From: an uncultured Clostridia bacterium
Lineage (GTDB): Bacteria > Bacillota > Clostridia > Christensenellales > UBA1242
DNA length: 64,000 bases
Direction of reading: 5' to 3'
NCBI GenBank assembly: GCA_944384535.1
Contig: CALWTS010000041.1
Location: forward strand, 10,399 to 74,398
Part shown: in pieces, positions 37,042 through 47,135 of the stretch
Layout of the letters: every line of letters begins with the position of its first letter
Position numbering within the stretch: position 1 is the stretch's first letter
Notes under the pieces: model-generated
Seen by the model: the letters and a program-made list of their open reading frames with translations, nothing else
Database searches by the model: none
Told to the model about the DNA's origin: nothing
Position numbers and translations under genes: made by a program

Positions 37042-38745
37042 ATGACAATTGAAGAGAGAAGTGTAAAAATTCAAAATTTATTAAATTATTTGAGAGATAA
37101 TAATATTTTTAATAAAGATTTTGTTCTTAAGCTAATAGACAATTTTAATGAGAGTTTTGTTTATCAAGTTGATAAATTAAAAAATCCTTTTTATTTTATG
37201 AGCAGAACTTATGCTATAAAAGATTTATATGATGAAAAATTAAAAGCTTTAGACAATGCAATATTTGAAATTAAAAACATTCTTAAAGAGATTATTCCAA
37301 CTCAAGATGATAAAATTTTCCTTATTTTGAAAAAAGATTTTAATTTATTGTCTAGAGAAGAAAAAATAGAAGTGCTTAGTTATTTTGCAAAGAATTATAA
37401 TTTAAGAATTAATTACAATCATGAATTTAATGATAGAGATTTATATTTATCAAAAATTTATGATTTTTTAAAAATTGAATTTGCAAAAAAGATGATTTTT
37501 TCTAATAAAATTTTTAATCAAGAAAATCATTTTGTTTTTCTTAGTGAATTATTAGAAGTTTTACAAGAGGAAAAAGAAAAATTAATTTATAATCGTGATA
37601 ATGTTGAATTATTTAGTTTAGATAAAGATCAAATAACTCCTGAAAATCTTGAGATGTTAGAAAGAGTTGCTAAAACATCTTTGAGACATGGTAAAGAAGT
37701 ATGTATTGGAGTTGACAATAATATGGCAACTCAAAGTAACCAAGATAATGCAAATTATTTATACTCAAAAAGACAGTTATCTAGTCTTATCGTTTTAAAC
37801 AATAATTTATCAAAAGAAGGAATGAAAGAGCCAATTAAATTTAGCGAATTAGAAAAATTTTCAACGAAAGATGATTTTGATAAAGCATGGACATTGAAGA
37901 ATGTTTTAGATTCTAATTATGTTATTGATAGGATTGTTGATGATATTAAAAATAAAAACTTAACTCCTTTCGAAACAGTATTATTCATTTATAATTTAGT
38001 TAGAAAAATACCTTACAAACAAAATGAAAAAATAGAAGATCCAAGAGTTATAGTTGGTGTTTTAAAAGATAATCAAGCAGTATGTTCTGGATATGCTTCT
38101 TTAATAAAAGCGATTATAGATAGATTAAATATTCCAGAGCTAAAATGCGATTTGGTCGGTTGTACTTTGTATGAAAGAAAGGGGGTTATTCCTCGTATAA
38201 AAGGAGGGCACTGTCATAATATTATAAAAATTTCAGATTCAAAATATGATATAGATGGTACTTATGCTTTAGATGCAACAAACAACGATGATATACCATT
38301 TAACTATTCACTTTGTTTATTTCCAATTGAAGACTTAACAAAATTTAGACATTTAAGATATCAACAAACTAACCAAAAAAACAGATTAGATAATATTATT
38401 TTTCGTCAAGAAAATTTTAAAGATATAATGAAATCTGATATTTCATATAAATTTAAGCATGTTTTAGAAGGATTAAAATTATATTTTGTTCAGCCAGATG
38501 TTGTAAAAGAAAACCCAAATGGCAAAGTTATCAGTATCGATTGCTTTAAAAAAGCTATAAGATCTTTAGTAGAAAAAGAATTTTTTAATAATGGTGATAT
38601 GGATATTGATGAGTTTATTGATGGGATTGTAGTATTATCAACAGCTGCTGCTAAGTCTTGTTTTAAAAATAATGCAAAAAATTGTTTTGTACATTGTGAT
38701 TTAAGTCTATTTGATGAAAAAGAAGACGAAGATGAAAATAATTAA
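37042..38745 (+). CDS. large cytoplasmic protein with C-terminal transglutaminase-like Cys-His-Asp core
   Basis: AVCSGYASL ... GGHCHNIIK ... YALDAT has the spacing typical of the transglutaminase-like cysteine peptidase fold. The N-terminal ~330 aa are unrecognised. The start could instead be 37027. Confidence 0.7.
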   Translation: MTIEERSVKIQNLLNYLRDNNIFNKDFVLKLIDNFNESFVYQVDKLKNPFYFMSRTYAIKDLYDEKLKALDNAIFEIKNILKEIIPTQDDKIFLILKKDFNLLSREEKIEVLSYFAKNYNLRINYNHEFNDRDLYLSKIYDFLKIEFAKKMIFSNKIFNQENHFVFLSELLEVLQEEKEKLIYNRDNVELFSLDKDQITPENLEMLERVAKTSLRHGKEVCIGVDNNMATQSNQDNANYLYSKRQLSSLIVLNNNLSKEGMKEPIKFSELEKFSTKDDFDKAWTLKNVLDSNYVIDRIVDDIKNKNLTPFETVLFIYNLVRKIPYKQNEKIEDPRVIVGVLKDNQAVCSGYASLIKAIIDRLNIPELKCDLVGCTLYERKGVIPRIKGGHCHNIIKISDSKYDIDGTYALDATNNDDIPFNYSLCLFPIEDLTKFRHLRYQQTNQKNRLDNIIFRQENFKDIMKSDISYKFKHVLEGLKLYFVQPDVVKENPNGKVISIDCFKKAIRSLVEKEFFNNGDMDIDEFIDGIVVLSTAAAKSCFKNNAKNCFVHCDLSLFDEKEDEDENN

Positions 38746-38757
38746 ATAAATGAGATA

Positions 38758-39639
38758 TTAGTCATTATCTAATATCTCATTTATTTTGTTATCTTTAATA
38801 ATGAATTCATAAATTTTATTATTATTGTTTGAAATGGCAAAACAGGTTTTTTGATCTATAAAATAGAAATAACTGATATCTCCAAAATAATTTTTCAGTT
38901 CTATCTCACTTATATTTTTCTTTAAATCTTCTGAAATTGAAGTATAAGCATTTGTATAATCATTGTTTTGTATGGCATTCATGAAGTAAAAAGCTGTTAA
39001 ATTTTCTGATAATTTTCTATTTGTTAGAGAAAAAGATTTATTTTTAATTTTAAGACCTTCTTCATCTATTTTATATTCTTCTATTACTTCTTCATATAAA
39101 TCAGAATTTTTTAAGATAGTAAATTCATTTTTTAAAATTTTTATTTTTTTACCTTTAAAAATTTTAGATTTATTATTAAGCACATTATATGCTATTAGTT
39201 GCTCATTATCATCTTTTTGTATAAGAACATAATCAATATAATATAAACTTCCACAAGTAAATTTTTGTATTTTGTAAGGAAAAGTTATTAACTTTCTTTT
39301 CTTTTCTGTAACAAACAAAATAGAATTTGATGAGACTTGGATAGAACTTTCTGTATCTTTATATTTATAATTAAAATTATCAATATTCTCTGCCAAAATA
39401 CCATCTAAAAGAAAAATAAGTATTTTATCATCTTTTTTTATAATGCTATAAAAATTTGTTGAGCCTTTATCTAAATTTATTTTAAAAGAATAATTTGAAG
39501 ACTTGCCAATAGGATATACATATATAAATTCATCATTAAATTTATCAATTATTAAATGTTGTTCATCATTTAAGTATTCTTCTTTATCTTTATATTTTAT
39601 AACACACTCATAAGGTGTGTAAATTACTATATTTTCCAT
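38758..39639 (-). CDS. hypothetical protein (293 aa)
   Basis: Long ORF in stop-rich DNA. No RBS and no motif recognised. Confidence 0.55.
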   Translation of the reverse strand: MENIVIYTPYECVIKYKDKEEYLNDEQHLIIDKFNDEFIYVYPIGKSSNYSFKINLDKGSTNFYSIIKKDDKILIFLLDGILAENIDNFNYKYKDTESSIQVSSNSILFVTEKKRKLITFPYKIQKFTCGSLYYIDYVLIQKDDNEQLIAYNVLNNKSKIFKGKKIKILKNEFTILKNSDLYEEVIEEYKIDEEGLKIKNKSFSLTNRKLSENLTAFYFMNAIQNNDYTNAYTSISEDLKKNISEIELKNYFGDISYFYFIDQKTCFAISNNNNKIYEFIIKDNKINEILDND

Positions 39640-39742
39640 AATTTAATATATGTTAAAAAAAAATGGTTATTACCTAATCTTTTTTAAATTAATGTATAAA
39701 GTTTATAATTTTTGTCTATAAACTTTGTGAGGAGAATAAAAT

Positions 39743-40510
39743 ATGAATAATAAAGGTTTATGGGATAATCAAGAAGTTCAAAATCTTTTTGAAAATGTAG
39801 AAAAAATTAAAAGTAATAATAAACCACTAAAGAATGCTTTTATTGAACATGCTGTAAAATATGGAAGAAAGCCAAATAGTGTAAGAAATTATTATTATCA
39901 CGAAATTGACAACTTAAAATCTGATAAAGAAAGGTTAAATGTTTTAAAAATTGACTTAAGTAAACATTTAAAAAGTTCAATAATATACTTTTCCGCTGAA
40001 GAAGAACAAACTCTTATGAAAGAAATTGACAAACTTGTTAAAGATGGAGTTTCTGTTAGAAAAGCTTGTTACACATTGTCTAATGGTGATGTTGGAAAGA
40101 TGCTAAGGTATCAAAATAAGTATAGAAACTATATATCTAAAAATAAAGAAAATAAAATTGTTAGCAATGATAATATAATTAAATTTACAAAGAAAAAAAA
40201 TATAATTAGTGAAAGTGAAATTCAATCTTTGTTCATGGGATTAGTTCGATTGGTTAAAAGAAATACCATTGAGGAAATTAATGACAAAATAAAAATAGAA
40301 TTTGAAAATAAAAATATTGAATTAAGAAAAACATTAATTGAACTTCATAAAAAAGAAAAAGAATATCAAAATTTAAAAGAAGAATTCGCAAAAATCAAAA
40401 ATGAAAATTCAAAACTTTTAGAAAATGTTTTAAAATTAAAATGTGATAAAGCATCAAGACTAAGAGAAAAATTAAAAAAAACAAATTGTATAGATGTTTC
40501 ACAAATTTAA
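39743..40510 (+). CDS. Myb/SANT-like DNA-binding protein with C-terminal coiled coil (possibly RsfA-like)
   Basis: Two W/F...AF...R..SVRNYYY-type helix motifs and a heptad-rich tail. GAGGAG RBS. The family call is tentative. Confidence 0.6.
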   Translation: MNNKGLWDNQEVQNLFENVEKIKSNNKPLKNAFIEHAVKYGRKPNSVRNYYYHEIDNLKSDKERLNVLKIDLSKHLKSSIIYFSAEEEQTLMKEIDKLVKDGVSVRKACYTLSNGDVGKMLRYQNKYRNYISKNKENKIVSNDNIIKFTKKKNIISESEIQSLFMGLVRLVKRNTIEEINDKIKIEFENKNIELRKTLIELHKKEKEYQNLKEEFAKIKNENSKLLENVLKLKCDKASRLREKLKKTNCIDVSQI

Positions 40511-40590
40511 TTTAATAAAGAAAAATTATTTTGTTTAATACAATCATAATTTTTCTTTTTTTTTGTTTTTTTATGTGTTAATATATACTT

Positions 40591-43500
40591 ATGAAAATTA
40601 AACTATTTATTAACAACACAACTTTAGATGCGACGAAGGATATGATATCTGCTATAGATAATAGCGACTTTTCTTTTGAGCACATTATTATTGTACCAGA
40701 TAAATTTTCACTTCAAATGGAAAAATTATTATTATCTTTATCTCCAAACGAATCATTATTTAATGTTAACGTGGTTGGACTTACTTCTTTTGCTAATCAA
40801 ATTTTTAAAAAATTAAATAAAAAAATAGAATTACTTTCAAATAGTGAAAGTTTATTGATAACTGAAACTGCAATACAAAATGTTAAAAATCAACTTAAAT
40901 TTTTTTGTAAAAAGGATATTTCTTTTTGTTTTGAAATTGATAGATTGATTGCGCAAATAAAAAGCTCTTGCATAGATAGTTTTGATTTAGAATTATTGTC
41001 TAACGAAAATTTAAATGAAAAATACAATGATATATATTTAATTTTTAAAGAATATCAAAAACTATTAGGTGATAAATTAGATGAAAACGAAAGATTAAGA
41101 TTGCTTTGTGAAACTCTATTAAAAAATGATATTTTAAAAAATACAAAAATTTATTTTGCACAGTTTGACAGTTTTACTGCAGAAGGATATTTATTGATCA
41201 AAACTTTAATTCAATGTGCTTACGAAGTAAATATTAGTTTAACGCAACCTTTAAGCATTGGAAATGACTATATATATGAGAAAGATATTTATTATAAAAT
41301 TACAAAATTATCTAATGAACTTAATTGTTCATTTGATGTTATAAACAAAAACTTGATCTCCAATTCTAGTAAATATGTTATTGTTAAGGGGTTATATAGT
41401 TATGAAAAATTAAAATGTGAAAACAAAGGTTTTTATAACTTGTTTTCTGTAAACAGCATTGTTGAAGAAGTAGAAGATGCCGCAAAAGCGATTTATTACT
41501 TTTTAAACAAGGGTGTTAAGTATAAAGATATAGTTGTGATGACTAGTAATTTAGAAAAATATAAAAATCAAGTAGAAAATGTTTTTAGCAGATATGAATT
41601 TCCATATTACATAGACAGTTCTATTAGTGCGGATAAAACTTTATTAGGAAATCTAATTAATATGTTTTTTGATACTTATATTATGAATTATCCTTATGAT
41701 AGATTAGTTAGTCTTTTTTCAAATATTTTAGTTGGAAAAGATGATTCATTAATCAAAATATGTCAATTATATTCTATTAGCGGGAAACAAAGATATAAAA
41801 AATATTTATCAAAACTATTTCCTATGGATTTTATTTTTAAAAATTTAGATAAAGCAAATACATCAGAAGATTTTTCAAAAATTATTTTATCAATTTGCAA
41901 AGAAGTTGAAAAAAAATTTGATGATGTGATTTTTAAAATGAATGAATTTAATTTGGTAAAAGAAAAAAATATTAATTTACAAGTTTACGATATTATTAAA
42001 GAAGTAGTTTCCTTAATTGAGAGGTATCAAACAAATGAGATTTCTGTTTCAGAGTATATAAAAAAGTTTAAATTACTTATGTCTTTTAAGCAAGTCTCAA
42101 CTGTTCCTTCGTATTGTGATGGTATTTTTATTGGTGATGCTACAAATAGCAGTTCGTTAAATTCAAAAATTATGATTATTCTTGGGGGACAAGATCTTCC
42201 GCTAATTAATAGTGACAATGGCATTTTATCAGATGAAGAACTTAAAGTTAAATTTAACAACAAAATTATAGAGCCAACTATAAGAATGATTAATAGAAGA
42301 AATAGATTTAAACTTTTCAACTTGTTATCTCAGGTGGATAAAAAATTATTTATATTTTATCATGCAATTAATGAAGAAGGTAAGAAAAATGAGATTCCTG
42401 CTTATATTGATTCTTTAAATAATATTTTTGATGTTCACCCAATAAAAGCCTCTTTAATATTTGATTCTTTAGATAATTCAAATTTAGAAAAAATAAAAAT
42501 TGCGCTTGGTAATAAAAAAAAATTTATTGAAAAATTTTACAATAAAGTAACTATAAATAATTTTAATCGATTTGGTTCTGTCAGTGTTGATGAAAAAAAT
42601 AAACTATCTAATAAAAATTATATAACTATAAATCCAACAAAATTATATTTTGATAAAGATTATGTAAGAGTTACCCAATTAGAGCAATATTTTTCCTGTC
42701 CTTTTAAACATTTTTTAACTTATGGATTAAAGTTAAAAGAAAAGGAATCTTTTGAATTTGATGCAAGGGATCTTGGTAATATTTGTCATAAAGGTGCAGA
42801 AATGCTTATAAATACCTTAATTAATAATGGATATAAGTGTGATTTTGATTTAGAAAAATATACTGATGGCATTTTTGATCAAATATTATTGGAAGAAAAT
42901 TTAAAAGAAAAAATAGAAAATTCTCAAGAAAAATATTGGCTTGCTAAATTTATTAAAAAACAATTAAATTATATTTTTTACGACATTATAAGAGAAGTAA
43001 AGCAGTCGCTATTTAAACCAAAGTTTTTAGAAATGAAATTTGAAAATATTTTTTTAGGAAATCAAAGTCCTATTAGAATGGTTGGAAAGGCAGATAGAAT
43101 TGATACATTTAATAATAAATATTTTAGGATTATTGATTATAAGACTGGTAGTGTAGGGAATGTATTAAAAGAACTTTATTTTGGAAATAAATTACAACTA
43201 TTTCTTTATCAAAGGGCAGTAAAAGAAAAAATAAAATTATTGCCAGCAGGTGTTTTCTATTTTAACGCAAAGTTTGATTATGCACAAAACGATGAAGATA
43301 AAGTAGTTTTAAAAGGATTAATAGAAGATTTCGATGAAATTTTAAAATTATATGATAAGAACTTAATTAATTTAGGTAAGAGCACAATTGTAGGTTTAGA
43401 AAAAAAATTAAATTCGAAAGAAAAAGAAGTTTTTAGTGGTGTAGCAATTGCAAAAGACAGTTTAAAAACTTACGAAAAATATGCTTTTGCTGTTTCTAAT

Positions 43501-43668
43501 AATGCTGTAGATGAGATACAAAATGGTTATATTGAACCAAAACCGAAAGAAAAAGCTTGTGAGTTTTGTCCATATTTATCTATTTGTAGGTATGAAAGAA
43601 ACAATGGTGAAAGAAACACAAAAATTATAGGAGATTTTAATTTAAGTGATGAAACAAAAACTAACTGA
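40591..43668 (+). CDS. addB: helicase-nuclease AddAB/RexAB subunit B
   Basis: 1025 aa. C-terminal nuclease domain with Fe-S cysteines (CPFKHF ... CEFCPYLSIC) and RIIDYKTG. No N-terminal GxGKT. Confidence 0.88.
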   Translation: MKIKLFINNTTLDATKDMISAIDNSDFSFEHIIIVPDKFSLQMEKLLLSLSPNESLFNVNVVGLTSFANQIFKKLNKKIELLSNSESLLITETAIQNVKNQLKFFCKKDISFCFEIDRLIAQIKSSCIDSFDLELLSNENLNEKYNDIYLIFKEYQKLLGDKLDENERLRLLCETLLKNDILKNTKIYFAQFDSFTAEGYLLIKTLIQCAYEVNISLTQPLSIGNDYIYEKDIYYKITKLSNELNCSFDVINKNLISNSSKYVIVKGLYSYEKLKCENKGFYNLFSVNSIVEEVEDAAKAIYYFLNKGVKYKDIVVMTSNLEKYKNQVENVFSRYEFPYYIDSSISADKTLLGNLINMFFDTYIMNYPYDRLVSLFSNILVGKDDSLIKICQLYSISGKQRYKKYLSKLFPMDFIFKNLDKANTSEDFSKIILSICKEVEKKFDDVIFKMNEFNLVKEKNINLQVYDIIKEVVSLIERYQTNEISVSEYIKKFKLLMSFKQVSTVPSYCDGIFIGDATNSSSLNSKIMIILGGQDLPLINSDNGILSDEELKVKFNNKIIEPTIRMINRRNRFKLFNLLSQVDKKLFIFYHAINEEGKKNEIPAYIDSLNNIFDVHPIKASLIFDSLDNSNLEKIKIALGNKKKFIEKFYNKVTINNFNRFGSVSVDEKNKLSNKNYITINPTKLYFDKDYVRVTQLEQYFSCPFKHFLTYGLKLKEKESFEFDARDLGNICHKGAEMLINTLINNGYKCDFDLEKYTDGIFDQILLEENLKEKIENSQEKYWLAKFIKKQLNYIFYDIIREVKQSLFKPKFLEMKFENIFLGNQSPIRMVGKADRIDTFNNKYFRIIDYKTGSVGNVLKELYFGNKLQLFLYQRAVKEKIKLLPAGVFYFNAKFDYAQNDEDKVVLKGLIEDFDEILKLYDKNLINLGKSTIVGLEKKLNSKEKEVFSGVAIAKDSLKTYEKYAFAVSNNAVDEIQNGYIEPKPKEKACEFCPYLSICRYERNNGERNTKIIGDFNLSDETKTN

Positions 43669-46600
43669 AGAACAAAAAAATATTCTAAACAATGACAAAA
43701 AAAATTTAATTGTTTCAGCTTCCGCAGGAAGCGGAAAAACTTTTGTTGTTGTCGAATATCTTGTTAATCTTTTGTGCAAAAAAAGTGTACCCATTTCAAA
43801 AATGTTGGTTTTAACTTTTACAAAAGCAGCTGCGAATGAAATGAAAATAAGGTTAACAAAAGCAATTTTAGAAAAGAAACCTAATGATTTTTTACTTAAG
43901 CAATTGGATGACATTTATATAAGCGATATAACTACTATTGATTCTTTTTGTGAAAGATTAGTTAAAAGAAATATTGCTTATATAGATGTCGATAACAATT
44001 TTTCTGTTTTAGATAGTAAAGTTAGTCAAAATTTAAAATATTTAAGTTTTACTAAAGTTTTTGAAAATTATACACAAAAAGATGATGCATTGTTTGAAGA
44101 ATTATACTTTGCTTTTAAAAAAAATAAAAGTAGAATGTTTGATGCTATTATGTATATAAATGATTATTTTAATTGTTCTTGCAATTCAAATAATCTTATA
44201 AATGAGTTTTTAAATAATAATGATTTATTTTTGAAAAAATCATTTGAATTTATAAAAAACGAATTAAATGTTTTAAAAAGTGAACTAATTAATTTAATAA
44301 ATTTTATTAATGATGACCAACTGACACCTAAATTAAAAGATTTAAAAAGAAATCTTCAAGACTTTACAAATTGTTTTAATAGTGATTTTTATTTAAGTTG
44401 TAAATTGCTTAACGATTATAAACTTCTTGACATACCAAAGAGTAAAATCGATAATATTCCGGAGAAGGAAGATTTGAGATTAGCAAAGGAAAAAGCTAAA
44501 AAAATAAAAAAAATTGTCGAGAATTATTCTTTTATTAATGATAATTTAAAAAATAAAATTAAAAATTGCTCTATCTCTAAAGCTTTAATTGGATTTTATA
44601 ATGATTTTGTAAACGAATATAACAATTTAAAAAGAATAAATAAAGGATTAGATTTTGCAGATTTAGAAAAATTTGCATATCAATTATTGCAAAATAAAAA
44701 GGTCAAAGAAGATTTGCAAAAAAAGTATGATTATATTTTTATTGACGAATATCAAGATACAAACAGCTTACAAGAAAACATAATTAAACCAATTGCCGAT
44801 GGTGGAAAGTTTATTGCAGTAGGAGATCCAAAACAAGGAATTTATGGCTTTAGAAATGCAAGCATGGAAATCATGAAAAAAGATATAGATGACTTTAATA
44901 CCAAGGAAGATAGTCAGTCATTATTTTTAACAGGGAATTTTAGATCTAATGACAAAATTTTACAATTTGTAAATAAAGTTTTTGAAAATGTTATAACTGA
45001 AAAAAATGTTGGAATTGATTATAAAAAAACCTCAATGTTAAAGGGATTAAAAAATTTTAAAGAAAGCAAATTTACTCCTGTAATGATAGATGTTGTTCTT
45101 CCAAATAAAGAGGAAAAAGAAGAAAAAAGGGGAGTTTATAGTGTAAAAAATGATAAAATAAAATTTTCAAAGGAGTATGAAAATGAGGTTTTTGATATCA
45201 TTAATAGGGTTGAGCAATTTTTAGAAAGTGATATATATGATGCAAAATTAGAAAAAATGAGAAAGGTTCAACCAAATGATATTGCTATCTTATTTAGAGA
45301 AAGAAATCAAATAATGATAGAGTGTGTGAGAAAAATGCAATCAATGGGGTTTAATATATTAGCTGACATAAAACACTCTTTATTAGACGATGGAGAAATC
45401 CAAACTTTAATGTCTTTAATAAAATTGGCAATTAATTTAAATGATGATATTTCATTGGTATCTGTTATGACTTCTTGGTTTGGCGGATTTTCATTAGATG
45501 AAGTTTGTAATTATAGAATTCAAGATTCTAAAAATTCAATCTATGATATAGTTATGAATTTAAAAAACAAAGATAAAAAAATTGATAAATTTTTTAAATT
45601 TATTGATGACTTTAGTTTTTATTGTCAGACAATTGGTTTAACAGAAAGTTTGCAAAAAATTTTTAATGAATACAACTACAATTTTTATATTAACAATTTA
45701 AGTTATGCAAATATTAAAATTTGCAATTTAAATGAGTTTTTTAAAATTATAAAAACAGGAAACTATGATTTTAATTTACAAGGTTTATTGGATTATTTAA
45801 CTAATATTAAAAGCGAAGGAAGTTTAAATGATAGTTCAAGCAATTCAATAACCATAACGACAATTCATGCGACGAAGGGATTAGAATTTCCTATAGTAAT
45901 TTTAGGGGCTTGTGGAGAATCTTTAGGTAAACCAAATAGAAATGCGATTAATATCACCAAAAATTTTGGAATGGGCAGTTATGTTTATGATTTTCAAGAA
46001 AACATAAAAATTCCATCACCCATATTTTTAGCAAATAAATTATTTAAAAAGAAAGAAGAGTTCATTGATGAAATAATGATTTTTTATGTAGCATGCACCA
46101 GAGCACAAAATAATTTGGTGCTTATAGGAAGTGCTGATGAAAAAAATATTTTAAATGAAGATGATGTTTTTGCCTGTAAAACATATTTTGATATAGTTTT
46201 TAGTAATATGGGTAAAAATTTTAAAGAACAAATTTTTTCACAGGAAAAAATAAATACATATAATTGCGAGTTTACTTTAATAGATGATGTTGTAAAAGAG
46301 AAAAAAGATACTCAAAAAAATTGTGTTAACGAACCTATCTTAATCAAACATCAAAAAGAAGTTTCCAACTATTTGAATTTTAAATACGTGGATCAAGAAT
46401 ATTGTTTTCAAGAATATAAAAATTCAGTCTCCAGTTTATTCGAGAAAGATGTTGAAGATAATTCAGAAAATTTTATTTTAAATGAAAACGATTTAACTAC
46501 CAATAGGGAAAAAGCAATAATGCAGGGTAATGCTTATCATGAAGCATTAAAGATTATTGATTTTGATAAAATTAAAACTTTTGATGATTTGGTTAATTTT

Positions 46601-46996
46601 AAGGAGTTTTTACAACAGTCTTTATCTGATGGCTATTTTCAGTTATTAGATTTAAATCTGTTATATAAAAATATACTTTTAATAAAAGATATTTTACCTA
46701 ATGGAAATATTATTAAAGAAAAACCATTCCTCATGAAAACGACATTACGAGAGTTAGGAATTAGTGACAATACAAACGAAATTTTAGTTCAAGGAATATG
46801 TGACTTATTTTGTATTGGAAAAAAGAATATTTTAATTGATTATAAATATACCTCTGTTAAAGATGAGAAAAGACTTATAAAAAGGTATGAAAAGCAAATA
46901 GAAATTTATAGCTTAGCGATAGAAAAAGCTTTTAAGATTAAACTAGAAGAAAAATATTTATTATCATTAAAAACTGCAACATTGATTAAATTGTAA
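43649..46996 (+). CDS. addA: helicase-nuclease AddAB subunit A (UvrD-like helicase plus RecB-type nuclease)
   Basis: SASAGSGKT, DEYQDTN, TIHATKGLEF, and the C-terminal ILIDYKYT nuclease motif. Confidence 0.92.
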   Translation: MKQKLTEEQKNILNNDKKNLIVSASAGSGKTFVVVEYLVNLLCKKSVPISKMLVLTFTKAAANEMKIRLTKAILEKKPNDFLLKQLDDIYISDITTIDSFCERLVKRNIAYIDVDNNFSVLDSKVSQNLKYLSFTKVFENYTQKDDALFEELYFAFKKNKSRMFDAIMYINDYFNCSCNSNNLINEFLNNNDLFLKKSFEFIKNELNVLKSELINLINFINDDQLTPKLKDLKRNLQDFTNCFNSDFYLSCKLLNDYKLLDIPKSKIDNIPEKEDLRLAKEKAKKIKKIVENYSFINDNLKNKIKNCSISKALIGFYNDFVNEYNNLKRINKGLDFADLEKFAYQLLQNKKVKEDLQKKYDYIFIDEYQDTNSLQENIIKPIADGGKFIAVGDPKQGIYGFRNASMEIMKKDIDDFNTKEDSQSLFLTGNFRSNDKILQFVNKVFENVITEKNVGIDYKKTSMLKGLKNFKESKFTPVMIDVVLPNKEEKEEKRGVYSVKNDKIKFSKEYENEVFDIINRVEQFLESDIYDAKLEKMRKVQPNDIAILFRERNQIMIECVRKMQSMGFNILADIKHSLLDDGEIQTLMSLIKLAINLNDDISLVSVMTSWFGGFSLDEVCNYRIQDSKNSIYDIVMNLKNKDKKIDKFFKFIDDFSFYCQTIGLTESLQKIFNEYNYNFYINNLSYANIKICNLNEFFKIIKTGNYDFNLQGLLDYLTNIKSEGSLNDSSSNSITITTIHATKGLEFPIVILGACGESLGKPNRNAINITKNFGMGSYVYDFQENIKIPSPIFLANKLFKKKEEFIDEIMIFYVACTRAQNNLVLIGSADEKNILNEDDVFACKTYFDIVFSNMGKNFKEQIFSQEKINTYNCEFTLIDDVVKEKKDTQKNCVNEPILIKHQKEVSNYLNFKYVDQEYCFQEYKNSVSSLFEKDVEDNSENFILNENDLTTNREKAIMQGNAYHEALKIIDFDKIKTFDDLVNFKEFLQQSLSDGYFQLLDLNLLYKNILLIKDILPNGNIIKEKPFLMKTTLRELGISDNTNEILVQGICDLFCIGKKNILIDYKYTSVKDEKRLIKRYEKQIEIYSLAIEKAFKIKLEEKYLLSLKTATLIKL

Positions 46997-47135
46997 GAGT
47001 CGAAAATTAAATTATATAATTTTTCTCTTTGTTTTGCACATGTTATAAAAAAAACTTTTATACGAAAAAGTATTATTTTTGTTGGTAAAAAATTATATTA
47101 TGTGTTATACTAATTTTGATTAAAAGGGGAGTCGT

